64,000 nt of DNA from an uncultured Gemmatimonadales bacterium (GCA_963711915.1 CAVQGA010000019.1:19186-83185); one strand, 5' to 3'; counted from the stretch's first letter, positions 10,889 through 20,874 are shown. Notes: generated by a model from the sequence alone, not told the origin. Numbers and translations: made by a program.

Positions 10889-11412
10889 TTTTGTGCCGGA
10901 TAGGGTCGCGAGAGAGTAGGCGGCAAAGCCTGCATCGTTCCCTCGCGCGAGCATACCTGAGGGGTGATCGCGACCGAAACGCGTAGCGTGCGCCGAGCGC
11001 TCTCCCGCAGGTCGACGCGGTTGCGTGGAGTTCGGACTCGGCGGGCTAGCCCTAAGCCAGGCAACCCGGGATTGAATCTGAACGTACGGCACGGTGGGCC
11101 ACGGAGGATGGGCATTTTCTGCCTACGGGTCGTCGGTAAGCCACTTTCTGAGATGCTGTTAGCTGCACCCTACTCCACTATGGACCCGGCTCAAGCCCTT
11201 CGCACAAAGCGTGAAGAGCCGACGCTTTCGCGCGTGCCCTGGGGCCGGGCTGTGGCGCGCCGGCAACTGCAATGGCTTAGACGGACGCGTCCCGCCCCCA
11301 TCAGCTTGCGCACCCGCTTAACGGCCGCGAAATTGGCGGGGATTCCCTCAGGCGGCTGGGAAGCCCTCGCCGGGCAACCAATCCGCCGACCCCCAGGTCA
11401 ACTCGCGACGGC

Positions 11413-12258
11413 ATGGCTTTGCAGTCTCCAGAGGTTCCAGTTCAGTCTCCCGCCCAGCTCCGGGAGCACTATCAGCTCGAACGCGAGCTGTCGGACAGAC
11501 TACGCCATGCCCCGAAGGGCCAGCGCCGGCTTCTATATGCTTCGGTGTATGAAGAGTTGTTCACGAGACTTCCGCATCACCCTCAACTCGTTCGCAAGCT
11601 CTCTCGGCAGGACACTCGCGAGTATGTCGAGCAACAGCTGGGATTTCTCGGTCCGTTCCTGTCCCCTGCGAGTGTGTTCCTCGAAGTAGGTGCCGGCGAT
11701 TGCGCCCTTTCACATGCGGTGGCAGGGCGGGTGAAACAAGTGTATGCCCTGGACGTGTCGGATACCATTTCGCGACAGGGCGCGCCGCCTCCCAACTTCG
11801 AGCTCGTCCTGTTCGACGGCATCGACATTCCGCTGCCGGACCATTCCGTCGATGTGGCTTACAGCAACCAACTCATAGAACATCTCCATCCTGAGGACGC
11901 TCTCGATCAGCTTCGATCCATCCACCGCGTCCTCGTGCCTGGAGGCGCGTACCTGTGCATCACGCCGCATCGCCTGTCCGGTCCACACGATGTGTCGAAG
12001 TACTTCGACAAGGTGGCGACAGGTTTTCACCTCGTCGAGTACACGCCGCTCGAGCTTGCGCGGCTTTTCCAAGCGGCCGGATTTGCCGAGCCGCGCTCCT
12101 ACCTCGGAGGACTGGGCCGCTACATTGGGATCCGGCCGGAGCTGATGCAGATGGCCGAGCTGCCGTTCCGGTTGCTGCCACGTTGGGCGAGGTCGCCGAT
12201 CTGCGCGATCAGCCGTTTTGGTTTCCTGCGTACCGTCAGGCTCGCGGTGCGGGCATGA
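11413..12258 (+). CDS. Class I SAM-dependent methyltransferase
   Basis: FLEVGAGDCALSHAVAGRVKQVYALDVS, VDVAYSNQLIEHLHPEDALDQLRSIHRVLVPGGAYLCITP. Confidence 0.8.
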   Translation: MALQSPEVPVQSPAQLREHYQLERELSDRLRHAPKGQRRLLYASVYEELFTRLPHHPQLVRKLSRQDTREYVEQQLGFLGPFLSPASVFLEVGAGDCALSHAVAGRVKQVYALDVSDTISRQGAPPPNFELVLFDGIDIPLPDHSVDVAYSNQLIEHLHPEDALDQLRSIHRVLVPGGAYLCITPHRLSGPHDVSKYFDKVATGFHLVEYTPLELARLFQAAGFAEPRSYLGGLGRYIGIRPELMQMAELPFRLLPRWARSPICAISRFGFLRTVRLAVRA

Positions 12259-12786
12259 CGGGCGGGCTCGATCGCCGGGAGCTGGAGTCACGGCGTTCTG
12301 CTCAGCTGCTCCGCGAGACCGACTTCCGGCGACCACGCCGGGATTGGGGCTGATCCAGCTGCGCTGTGGGTAAATAGAGCTGGTTCCCCGACTGGACCGA
12401 TTGAATAGCGCTCGACCAGCAGTGCCTTGAGCGAGGAGACCGCCTGCTCGCGGACAAGGGCCAGCCGATCTTGGGCAGTATCACCGTGCCCTGCTCGAGC
12501 TAAAGCTCAATGAAACAGCGGCTTCGGTGCTCTGGTGCCACCCGATTCCGGACTTCGAATGGCCCGTCGTCATCGTGTGGGGCCCGGTCCACAGGCGCTT
12601 GTGGCGGCCCCTCACAACGCCGCCGAACCCAATCTCCCAACCCATTTGTGAGCTAGCACTTGCACGTTTCCCATTCACGCCGCAAGTTGGCCCTTGGCTT
12701 GCTTGAGATGCGCCCACAGCCACGTGCCCACGCTGGACCCACGGGCCGCGAGTGGCTCCCTTGGCATCTCAAAACCGACCCGTGCT

Positions 12787-13198
12787 ATGTCTCGAGCTGC
12801 CCGTTCAGCTCTCTACGAATCCGAAGCAATTTTGCCGGGGGTGCAGCTGCCGCGAGGGCAACTTCTCCACATGCGTTCCACGCTGCGCGAGCTCCTGGCT
12901 CAGCGGGCCGGCGCGCGCGCCGGCCAGTGGCGTCAGGCGGTGCTCCGCAGTCTTCGCATCCTGACCGGTTCGGACCGGGCCGTCCTCGTGGTTCGGACCG
13001 GGCCGGAACCCGTCGCCTATGGCGAGGACGTGAGCCAGGATCTGCTGGCAGCCTACGTGCAGCGCTACGCCGACCTCGACCGGAGCCGCCTCGCGGTGCG
13101 CGACCACGGCCTCGAGACCTGGACCCTGAGCGCAGCTCTGGCCCACGGGCGAGCTCGAGCGCAGTGCCTACTACCGTACGTTCGCGGCGCCCAACCGG
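12787..13198 (+). pseudogene. N-terminal portion of a LuxR-type regulator, in a different frame from its C-terminal part
   Basis: From ATG 12787 the frame reads protein-like MSRAARSALYESEAILPG...AYVQRYADLDRSRLAVRDHGLETWTLS, then degenerates into an Arg/Pro/Gly run after about 13130. The +1 frame becomes coding exactly there (see next feature). Confidence 0.5.
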
Positions 13199-13945
13199 TT
13201 GCTCGACACGGTGGGCGTGACACTCCACTTCACAAGCCCGCGGGCCGAGGTCTGTTTCCTCTTCCACAAGACCGGGCGCTCGCTCTCGGCGACCACGGAA
13301 CACCGGCGCGAGCTGCTCACCCTGCTGCTCGAACCGATTCGGGCCGGGTTCGCCGTGGAGCTGGCGACCGAAGATCCGATCCCTCACCTGTCGTCGCTGA
13401 TCGACGTGACCGGCCAGGCCCTGGCGCTGTTCGGGATGGACGGGCGCGAGCTCAGTCAGAACCCGGTCATGCGCCGGGTGCTCGCCCAGGATCAGCAGCG
13501 CGAGGCCATCCTGGACCAGATCCGGGGCGTCGCGCGCTCGGTGCTCGACCGCGTGGCCAGCGGCGGCCAGTCCCGCGGCCGGACGCACCGGTCGGATGAC
13601 GGCACCCGGCGCGAGGTCGCCACCTCACAAGCGGCCTACCGCCTCCGGGGAAACCTGGTGGGCCGAAACGCCCTTGGCCACGGCACCGCGGTCGTGGTCT
13701 CGCTCGACCGGGTCGCCTTCCAGGTGCCCGCCCCCGACAGCATCCGCGCGCGCTATGGGCTGACCGTGCGCGAGCTCCAGGTCGCCTCGCTCCTCATGCA
13801 CCGGCTCACGAACGCCGAGATCGCCCGGATGCTCGGCATCAGTCCGCACACCGCGCGGCATCACACCGAGAGCGTGCTCGCCAAGTTCGGGGTCCGCTCG
13901 CGCGAGGCGCTGCGGCGCGCCATCACGGAAGCGCCGCCCACCTAG
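13199..13945 (+). CDS. LuxR/FixJ-family HTH transcriptional regulator (C-terminal frame)
   Basis: C-terminal LTVRELQVASLLMHRLTNAEIARMLGISPHTARHHTESVLAKFGVRSREAL is a GerE/LuxR HTH. The coding-looking sequence GELERSAYYRTFAAPNRLLD extends upstream to 13130 with no start codon. Confidence 0.8.
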   Translation: MLDTVGVTLHFTSPRAEVCFLFHKTGRSLSATTEHRRELLTLLLEPIRAGFAVELATEDPIPHLSSLIDVTGQALALFGMDGRELSQNPVMRRVLAQDQQREAILDQIRGVARSVLDRVASGGQSRGRTHRSDDGTRREVATSQAAYRLRGNLVGRNALGHGTAVVVSLDRVAFQVPAPDSIRARYGLTVRELQVASLLMHRLTNAEIARMLGISPHTARHHTESVLAKFGVRSREALRRAITEAPPT

Positions 13946-15894
13946 CCGCTCGCTCCCGGCGACTCGGCCGCCCGGGTCGCAGCCTCCCAGCCTGCGAACG
14001 CGGCGTCCAGCCGGCCGCGCGCCAGCTCCAGCTCCCGCCCGAGCTCACTCGCTCGCTTCGCGCCCTCCGGCGTCAAGTAGAGGTGTGGATCCTCGAGCTC
14101 GGCCCGGAGCGCGCCGACCCGCGCCTCCCAGTCGGCCACCAGCGTTTCGGCCTCCGCGACCACTTGCTCCGCCTTCCGTCGCGCCGCGTGCCGCTGCTGG
14201 CGCTCGTCCTCCGGACGGCGGGTCTGCTTCCGCTCCTTCACCCTCCGGAGCGACTCCGCCTCGGCCGCCGCCACGGCGGCCGCGTGGGCCCGCTCCTGGC
14301 TCGCCGCCTCCCACGCCTCGAAGCCGCCTGGATAGTCGGTGATCCGCCCCTCGTGCAGCACCCATACCCGGGTCGTGAGCCCGCGCAGGAGCGCCCGGTC
14401 GTGGCTCACCAGCAGCACGGTGCCGTCGTACGCCTCGATCGCGTCCTCGAGTGCCTCGATCGACTCGACATCGAGGTGGTTGGTGGGCTCGTCGAAGATG
14501 AGCAGGTTGGCACCCGACAGCATGATCATGGCGAGCGCCACGCGCGCCCGCTCCCCGCCCGACAGGGTCGCGGCCCGCCGCCGGACCGCGTCGCCCGAGA
14601 ACCCGAACCGCCCCAGGTGCCCCTGAATCGGCCCGCGGCCCCACTGCGGCCTGAGGTGGGCGATGATGTCGTACAGCGTCTCGTCCGCCGGCACCTGGGC
14701 CAGATCCTGGCGGTAGTAGCCGATCCGCACCGAGTCGGGAATGCGGAGCTCGCCCCCGTCGGCCGGGCGCTCGCCCGTGATGGCGCGGAGCAGCGTGGAC
14801 TTCCCCGCCCCGTTCGGCCCCACCAGCCCCACCACGTCGCCCCGCATCAGCCGGACGTCGAAGTCCCGGAGCAGTGTCCGGCCGCCGATGGCGAGCGCCA
14901 GCCGCTCGGCCACCAGCACCTGGTCGCCCCCGCGCTCGTCGGCCGCGAGTCTCAGGGCCATTGTCCCATCCTCGCCCGGCGGCGGGCTCAGGCGGCTCAC
15001 GCGCTCGAGCCGGCGCCGGCGCCCCTTGGCCTGCGCGCTGTTGGTGCCGGCGATGTTCCGGCGGATGAAGTCCTCCTCCGCCGCCAGGGTGCGGGCCTGC
15101 TTGGCGAACGCCCGCTGCTGCGAGAGCCGGCGCTCGGCGCGCTGCCGGAGGAACGACTCATAGTCGCCGGCATAGGCCACGGCGGTGCCGGCGTCGAGAT
15201 GGAGCACGTGGTCCACGACCGCCTGCAGGAACGCCCGGTCGTGGCTGATGAGCAGGACGGTGGCGTCCAGCCCGCGCAGGTAGTCCTCGAGCCAGCGGGT
15301 CGTCTCGAGATCGAGATGGTTGGTGGGCTCGTCGAGCAGGAGCACGTCGGCCGGCGCCACGAGCTGCTGGGCGAGTCCGAGGCGCCCGCGCTCGCCACCG
15401 CTCAGCCCGGCGAGCGCCCGGGTGCGCGCCTCGTCTGGATCGAAGCCCAGACCGTCGAGCACGGCGTCGATTCGCGCGGCCAGGGTGTAGCCGCCCTCGC
15501 GGTCGAACCGGTCGAGATCGCGATCGTAGGCCGCGAGCATCTGCGGCGTGCACCGGTCGCCCGCCTCGGCCAGCGCGGTCGCCTGGGCCGCCAGCGAGTG
15601 CTCGAGCGCGAGCAGTTCGGCGAACGCGCCGGCCGCCGCCTCCCAGACCGTCGTGGCCCCGGCGAAGTCTCGGTGCTGCTCCATGACGGAATAGCGGAGC
15701 CCGCTCGACCGCGCCACGGTGCCCGCGCTGGGCTCGGCTTCCCCGGTGATGAGGCGGAAGAGCGTCGTCTTCCCGGAGCCGTTCCGCCCGATGATTCCCC
15801 ACTTCTCCCCGCGCGCGACGGTAAAGGTGACGTCGCCCATGAGGCGGGTGGCCCCGAACTCGACGACGATGCCCGACAGCGATAGCTGGGTCAT
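13942..15894 (-). CDS. ABC-F family ATPase (two ABC domains plus C-terminal coiled coil; Uup/YheS/EttA-like)
   Basis: Two Walker A motifs (GRNGSGKTT, GPNGAGKST) and two signatures (LSGGERGR, LSGGERAR). No TM domain. Start set at ATG 15894, an ATGA overlap with the upstream gene stop. Confidence 0.9.
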   Translation of the reverse strand: MTQLSLSGIVVEFGATRLMGDVTFTVARGEKWGIIGRNGSGKTTLFRLITGEAEPSAGTVARSSGLRYSVMEQHRDFAGATTVWEAAAGAFAELLALEHSLAAQATALAEAGDRCTPQMLAAYDRDLDRFDREGGYTLAARIDAVLDGLGFDPDEARTRALAGLSGGERGRLGLAQQLVAPADVLLLDEPTNHLDLETTRWLEDYLRGLDATVLLISHDRAFLQAVVDHVLHLDAGTAVAYAGDYESFLRQRAERRLSQQRAFAKQARTLAAEEDFIRRNIAGTNSAQAKGRRRRLERVSRLSPPPGEDGTMALRLAADERGGDQVLVAERLALAIGGRTLLRDFDVRLMRGDVVGLVGPNGAGKSTLLRAITGERPADGGELRIPDSVRIGYYRQDLAQVPADETLYDIIAHLRPQWGRGPIQGHLGRFGFSGDAVRRRAATLSGGERARVALAMIMLSGANLLIFDEPTNHLDVESIEALEDAIEAYDGTVLLVSHDRALLRGLTTRVWVLHEGRITDYPGGFEAWEAASQERAHAAAVAAAEAESLRRVKERKQTRRPEDERQQRHAARRKAEQVVAEAETLVADWEARVGALRAELEDPHLYLTPEGAKRASELGRELELARGRLDAAFAGWEAATRAAESPGASG

Positions 15895-16238
15895 CGCCCG
15901 GTCCAGGTGCGCCAAGTGGTCTCGGCCTCGCCGACCGTCAGTTGCTGCTGCTGGCGCACGAGCGGCAGCCGGAGCATGAGTGGCTCCTCCGCCAGCTTGT
16001 CCAGCCAGCGCTCGTCGGTCAGCCGCGCGGCGCCGAGGCCGAGCTCGGCGAAGCGCCGCGAGCCGCGGTCGAGCAGCGCCTCGACGCCGAACCTCTGCGC
16101 GAAGCGCCGAAGCTCGCCGGGTGAGGCGGCCCGCTCGGCGAGGTCCACGAAATGGGTCTTGATGCGCCGCTCGGCGAAGAAGCGGAGCGCCCGCCGGGTG
16201 TCGGAACTCTTTCGGATGCCGAAGATCTGCACTTCCAT
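15891..16238 (-). CDS. ArsC/Spx/MgsR-family protein (YffB-like)
   Basis: MEVQIFGIRKSSDTRRALRFFAERRIKTHFVDL...LMLRLPLV; size and N-terminal pattern fit the ArsC family. Confidence 0.7.
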   Translation of the reverse strand: MEVQIFGIRKSSDTRRALRFFAERRIKTHFVDLAERAASPGELRRFAQRFGVEALLDRGSRRFAELGLGAARLTDERWLDKLAEEPLMLRLPLVRQQQQLTVGEAETTWRTWTGR

Positions 16239-16248
16239 GGGCGGGAAC

Positions 16249-17040
16249 TTATACCAGCACGGCCTCGCCGACCCGGAGCCGGCCGCCGGTGTCGTGCACG
16301 ACGTTCTGGCCGAAGTACACTTTGCCGTCGCGCCGGCGGTAGGTGGCGAGGGTCCTGAGCGGTTCGTGACCGCGCTCGGCCGTGTCCTGGTCCGTGGTCG
16401 TGACCACGCATCGGTCGCAGGGCTTCACGACCCGGAAGCGGAGGTCCCCGAGCTGGAAGGCACTCATGCCGTCCTCCTCGAAGGCCTGGCCGCCCGAGAT
16501 GACCAGGTTGGGGCGGAACCGGTTCATCGGCAGCGGAGCCGGCAGCCGCCGGTTGAGGTCCGCGAGCGACTCCTCCGACAGCAGGAGAAACGGAAACGCG
16601 TCGGCGAAGCTCACGCGGGTCCCGTCGGGCGCGTACGCCGGGTCCGCCGGCCGGAGGGTGTCGTCGGGCATGTAGACCAGGCTGCAGTCGGCCTCGAGCA
16701 CCTCGGAGAACCAGCGCGCCGGCCGCTCGCCGGTCCAGAGAGCGGCGCAGCGGTCGTCCCAGATCGTGACCGCGGCGCGGACGGGCCCCGCGGGCCGGAG
16801 CGGCAGCTCCAGCGGCGGCATGCCCGGCGTCCGGACCGTCATGGTCTCCTCGCCCAGCGACGGCCGCACCAGGGCCAGGCGCGGATGGGTGCGCTGCGAG
16901 AGCATCCGGCCGCTGGTGTCGACCACCATCCACCGGCGGTCGTGGCGGAGGCCGAACGCGTCCACCTCCCACTCGGCCGGCGCGAGGCCGCCGGCGGACT
17001 TGATCGGGTACACGTGCAGGGCGGCGAGGCGGAGGCTCAA
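16249..17040 (-). CDS. MOSC domain-containing protein (YcbX-like)
   Basis: LAALHVYPIKSAGG (MOSC_N), RFRPNLVISG, VKPCDRCVVTTTDQDT (MOSC Cys motif). TTG start. Confidence 0.85.
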   Translation of the reverse strand: MSLRLAALHVYPIKSAGGLAPAEWEVDAFGLRHDRRWMVVDTSGRMLSQRTHPRLALVRPSLGEETMTVRTPGMPPLELPLRPAGPVRAAVTIWDDRCAALWTGERPARWFSEVLEADCSLVYMPDDTLRPADPAYAPDGTRVSFADAFPFLLLSEESLADLNRRLPAPLPMNRFRPNLVISGGQAFEEDGMSAFQLGDLRFRVVKPCDRCVVTTTDQDTAERGHEPLRTLATYRRRDGKVYFGQNVVHDTGGRLRVGEAVLV

Positions 17041-17171
17041 GGTATCCTGCCGTTCGGGGGGTCGGGCACGGTGCCGAACAATGTAACCACCTTCTGATCG
17101 GCGACGTTCGTGAGTAGTCTACGGCAGCCGCCGGCCACCGGCGGCGCTCCACCGACCGCCCGGGTGCCCCC

Positions 17172-17726
17172 ATGGCTCGCATTCCCCCGCTCGAGTACGA
17201 CGAGGCGCCGTCCGACGCGCGCGCCGCGCACGACCACCACCAGCGCGAGGTCGGGCGCATCACCAACATGAAGCGCACGCTGCTCCACTCGGTGCCGGCT
17301 TTTCGCGCCCTCATGGAGTGGTACCCGCTGCGGGACACGGTGCAGCCGTTCCTCGGCGAGCGCCTGACCCACCTGTTCGCCCACGCGGTCTCGACCGAGA
17401 CCGAGTGCCTCATCTGCTCGACCTTCTTCCGCCGCCTTCTCATCCAGTCGGGCGAGAATCCCGACGCGCTCGAGCTCAGCGAGCGCGACCGGGTCGTCGT
17501 CGACTACGGCCGGCAGCTCGGGAAGGATGCCCACGGCGTGAGCGACGCCATGTACGCCGAGCTGGCGCGCCTGTTCACGCCGGAACAGATGGTGGCCCTC
17601 ACCGCATTCGGCGCCGTCATGCTCGCCACCAACGTGTTCAACAACGCGCTGCGGGTGGACCTCGACGGCTACCTCGAGCCGTTCCGGGACCGGGCGCGGA
17701 CCGCGCCCGCGGCGGGGAGCGCCTGA
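17172..17726 (+). CDS. Carboxymuconolactone decarboxylase / AhpD-like family protein
   Basis: 184 aa helical protein. The N-terminal MARIPPLEYDEAP...NMKRTLLHSVPAFRALMEW pattern is typical of CMD-family proteins. No exact motif check is possible here. Confidence 0.55.
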   Translation: MARIPPLEYDEAPSDARAAHDHHQREVGRITNMKRTLLHSVPAFRALMEWYPLRDTVQPFLGERLTHLFAHAVSTETECLICSTFFRRLLIQSGENPDALELSERDRVVVDYGRQLGKDAHGVSDAMYAELARLFTPEQMVALTAFGAVMLATNVFNNALRVDLDGYLEPFRDRARTAPAAGSA

Positions 17727-18529
17727 TGCTGCGCTTCGCGGGCAAGGTGGCGCTCGTCACCGGCGCCGCCCACGGACAGGGGCGCGCCGCGGCGCTGGCG
17801 CTGGCGCGGGAGGGCGCGCGCATCGCAGCACTCGACGTGGCCCGCCCGCTCGCTTATCCGGGTTATGGCCTCGGCACGCCCGACGACCTCGCGACCCTCG
17901 CCGCGGCCTGCCGCGAGCTGGGCGCCGACTGCCTGACGTTCGCCGCCGACGTGCGCGACGACGCGGCCGTGAGCGCGGCGGTCGAGGCCACCCTCCGCGC
18001 GTTCGGCCGGATCGATATCCTGTTCAACAACGCCGGCATCTGCGCCTACGGACTGGCCCACGAGCTGACCGAGGACGCGTGGGATGCGATGCTCGACATC
18101 AACCTCAAGGGCAGCTGGCTGGTGGCCCGCCGCGTGATCCCGGCGATGATCCGGCAGCGGTCGGGCGTCATCCTCAACAACTCGAGCGTGGCGGGCCTGC
18201 GCGGCATGGGCCGGCTCAGCCACTACGCCGCGTCCAAGTGGGGGCTCACCGGCCTCACCAAGTCGTGGGCGATCGAGCTCGCGCCGCACGGCATCCGGGT
18301 CAACTCGCTCCACCCGACCGGCGTCAACACGCCCATGAACGACGGCCTGGCCGCGCTCGAGGGGCTCACGCCCGGCGAGATCGCCGAGCGGTCCGCGGGG
18401 AACCTGCTGCCGGTGCCGTGGGTCGAGCCGGAGGACGTGGCCGCCGCGGTCGTCTATCTGGCGTCGGATGACGCCCGCTACATCACCGGCGCCCAATTCG
18501 TCATCGACGCCGGCCTGCTCAGCCGGTGA
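17726..18529 (+). CDS. SDR-family oxidoreductase (mycofactocin-coupled/carveol dehydrogenase-like subgroup)
   Basis: GKVALVTGAAHGQGRA, NNAGI, YAASKWGLTGLTKSWAIELAPHGIRVNSLHPTGVNTPM. ATG 17726 overlaps the TGA of the previous gene. Confidence 0.85.
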   Translation: MLRFAGKVALVTGAAHGQGRAAALALAREGARIAALDVARPLAYPGYGLGTPDDLATLAAACRELGADCLTFAADVRDDAAVSAAVEATLRAFGRIDILFNNAGICAYGLAHELTEDAWDAMLDINLKGSWLVARRVIPAMIRQRSGVILNNSSVAGLRGMGRLSHYAASKWGLTGLTKSWAIELAPHGIRVNSLHPTGVNTPMNDGLAALEGLTPGEIAERSAGNLLPVPWVEPEDVAAAVVYLASDDARYITGAQFVIDAGLLSR

Positions 18530-19838
18530 CCGCCCATGGCTGACGCGCCGCGAGCGCCAGTTCGGCTTTGAGACCCGCATGCTCCACGCCGGCCACGTGC
18601 CGGACGCGCTGGTGGGCGCCCGCGCCGTGCCGATCTACCAGACGACGTCCTACGTCTTCGACGACGCCGACACCGCGGCCCAGCTGTTCGAGCTCAAGCA
18701 GTACGGCAACATCTACACCCGCATCGGCAACCCCACCACCGCCGTGCTCGAGGAGCGCCTCGCCTCGCTCGAGAACGCCACCGGTGCCGTGGCCGTGGCG
18801 AGCGGGATGGCGGCGCAGTTCGTCGCGCTCATGACGCTGCTCTCCCCGGGGGACGAGATCGTCGCCTCGTCGCACCTGTACGGCGGAACGGTCACCCAGC
18901 TCACGCATACCTTCCGGAAGCTTTCGGTCGACGTGCGGTTCGTGGACCCCACCGGGCTGGAGCACTGGGAGGCGGCGATCACGCCCCGCACCCGGGCACT
19001 CTACGGCGAGACGGTGGGCAATCCCCGGGGGAGCATCCTCGACCTCGAGCCGCTGAGCGCGCTGGCCGTCCGGCACCGCATTCCGCTGATCGTGGACAAC
19101 ACCTTCGCCACGCCCTATCTCTGCCGCCCGATGGACTGGGGCGCCACGATCGTGGTCCACTCCGCGACCAAGTTCATCGGGGGTCACGGCAACAGCATCG
19201 GCGGGGCCGTCCTGGAGTCGGGGCGGTTCGACTACAGCCACGTGCCTGCCGTCGCCGACCCGTCGCCCTCCTATCACGGCCTCCGCTTCTTCGATACCTT
19301 CGGCCACTACGGCTACCTGATGAAGGTCCGCGCCGAGACCGTGCGCGACACCGGCGCCTGCCTGTCGCCGACCAACGCGTTCCTGCTGCTGCAAGGGCTC
19401 GAGACCCTCTCGATCCGAATGGAGCGGCACACCGCCAACGCGCTCGGTGTCGCCCGCTTCCTCCGCGACCACCCGCGCGTGGCCTGGGTGGCGTACGCGG
19501 GGCTCGAGGACCACCCCGAGCACGCGCTGGCCCTCAAGTATCTCGGCGGCCGGCCGGGCGCGGTCTTCGCGTTCGGTCTCCGGACGGCGGACGGCGACGG
19601 CCGGGCCGCGGGCCGCCGGTTCATCGACGCCCTGCAGCTCTTCTCCCACCTCGCCAACGTCGGGGACGCCCGCAGCCTCGTCATCCATCCCGCGTCGACC
19701 ACGCACCAGCAGCTCAGCGAGGACGAGCTGGCGCGCGGCGGGGTAGCGCCGGAGTTGATCCGGCTCTCCGTGGGCCTCGAAACGCTGGAGGACTTGCTGT
19801 GGGACCTGGATCAGGCCCTGCATGCGACCTTCGCCTGA
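18468..19838 (+). CDS. metY: O-acetylhomoserine/O-acetylserine sulfhydrylase (PLP, Cys/Met metabolism family)
   Basis: FETRMLHAGH...PIYQTTSYVFDDADTAAQLF...GNIYTRIGNPT...HSATKFIGGHG. True start uncertain: ATG 18468 overlaps the SDR gene by 62 nt, and ATG 18579 is the alternative. Confidence 0.88.
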   Translation: MTPATSPAPNSSSTPACSAGDRPWLTRRERQFGFETRMLHAGHVPDALVGARAVPIYQTTSYVFDDADTAAQLFELKQYGNIYTRIGNPTTAVLEERLASLENATGAVAVASGMAAQFVALMTLLSPGDEIVASSHLYGGTVTQLTHTFRKLSVDVRFVDPTGLEHWEAAITPRTRALYGETVGNPRGSILDLEPLSALAVRHRIPLIVDNTFATPYLCRPMDWGATIVVHSATKFIGGHGNSIGGAVLESGRFDYSHVPAVADPSPSYHGLRFFDTFGHYGYLMKVRAETVRDTGACLSPTNAFLLLQGLETLSIRMERHTANALGVARFLRDHPRVAWVAYAGLEDHPEHALALKYLGGRPGAVFAFGLRTADGDGRAAGRRFIDALQLFSHLANVGDARSLVIHPASTTHQQLSEDELARGGVAPELIRLSVGLETLEDLLWDLDQALHATFA

Positions 19839-20392
19839 ACACCACGCTCACCGAGGCGGAGCGGCGGCGGTATCAGGACCCGGCGGTGATCCGCCGCCTG
19901 ATCCGCGGCGCGCGCACGGTGGCCATCGTGGGCATGTCGGCGGATCCGCAGAAGGCCAGCGCGTTCGTGGCGAGCTACCTCCAGCACGAGGGCTATCGGA
20001 TCATCCCGGTGAACCCGCGCGGGGGACGGGTCCTCGGCGAGACGATCTACCCCGACCTGGCGAGCATCCCGGTCCCGGTGGACATCGTGGATGTCTTCCG
20101 GCCGCCCGCGGAGGCGCCCGGCTTCGCGCGCCAGGCCGTGGCCATCGGCGCCAAGGCGCTCTGGCTCCAGCTCCGGATCGTGAACTTCGAGGCGGGGGAG
20201 ATCGCGGCGGCGGCGGGACTCGACGTGGTGATGGATCGCTGCGTGAAGATGGAGCACGGCCGGTTCAACGGCACCCTTCACTGGGGCGGGATGAACACCG
20301 AGATCATCAGCGCGCGGAAGGGGCGGTTGTCCGGAAGCGCGCACCGCCGACGGATGAACTTGAATCGGACCCAGCGACCGCGTCGTGGGTGA
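19799..20392 (+). CDS. CoA-binding domain protein (YccU/YneT-like)
   Basis: ARTVAIVGMSADPQKASAFVASYLQHEGYRIIPVNPRG...IVDVFRPPEAAP-like...ALWLQLRIVN. The start is uncertain. Confidence 0.75.
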   Translation: MGPGSGPACDLRLNTTLTEAERRRYQDPAVIRRLIRGARTVAIVGMSADPQKASAFVASYLQHEGYRIIPVNPRGGRVLGETIYPDLASIPVPVDIVDVFRPPAEAPGFARQAVAIGAKALWLQLRIVNFEAGEIAAAAGLDVVMDRCVKMEHGRFNGTLHWGGMNTEIISARKGRLSGSAHRRRMNLNRTQRPRRG

Positions 20393-20401
20393 TCCGCGAT
20401 A

Positions 20402-20671
20402 CTAGGGATCCGTGACCCTGCGGGTGAGGTCGGTTCGATCGGTCTCCGCGACCTCCGCGCCACGAAAAATGAAGTGCCGATCGGACAGGACGCGAGGGCC
20501 ATCGTGAGGCCAGCTGCGCGCACCAGCCATGATCCCGCCGAGGATGGCGAACGACGCGCTGAGGGCGGTCACCCAGATGCCGGGCGGTATCTCCGGATAC
20601 AGATCGGCGAACGCAGGGTTCAGCAGGGCTTGTCTTCGGCCGGGGTCGGTTGACCGCCCAAGGCAGAACAA
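20402..20671 (-). CDS. Hypothetical small protein (weak call)
   Basis: Only the segment LLNPAFADLYPEIPPGIWVTALSASFAILGGIMAG looks protein-like. TTG start, no family recognised. Confidence 0.2.
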   Translation of the reverse strand: MFCLGRSTDPGRRQALLNPAFADLYPEIPPGIWVTALSASFAILGGIMAGARSWPHDGPRVLSDRHFIFRGAEVAETDRTDLTRRVTDP

Positions 20672-20791
20672 CGGCGAGTTGCCGTGCCATAGGGAAGCAC
20701 CTGGTTAGGTGACAGGGGGTGTCGAGAGTATAACTGGGGGCGGATAGCGACTTCCAGGGTGTGGCGGCGTCAATTCCTGGAAGGAGCCCAG

Positions 20792-20874
20792 TGCCCGAGG
20801 CGAGAGTCGAACTCGCACGGGGTTGCCCCCGGAGGATTTTGAGTCCTCTGCGTCTGCCATTCCGCCACTCGGGC
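20792..20874 (-). tRNA. tRNA-Leu(CAA): tRNA-Leu, anticodon CAA (type II, normal 14-nt variable arm, A73)
   Basis: Hand-folded minus strand: GCCCGAG-UG-GCGGAAUGGCAGACGC-A-GAGGA-CUCAAAA-UCCUC-C-GGGGGCAACCCCGU-GCGAG-UUCGACU-CUCGC-CUCGGGC-A. CCA is not encoded. Confidence 0.9.

Noticed and set aside
12259-12786. The roughly 530-bp lower-GC intergenic region before the LuxR-type gene, considered as a possible ncRNA or IS remnant.
   Set aside because: I could not find inverted repeats, attC- or REP-type motifs, a conserved RNA fold or a convincing reading frame. I am leaving it uncalled.
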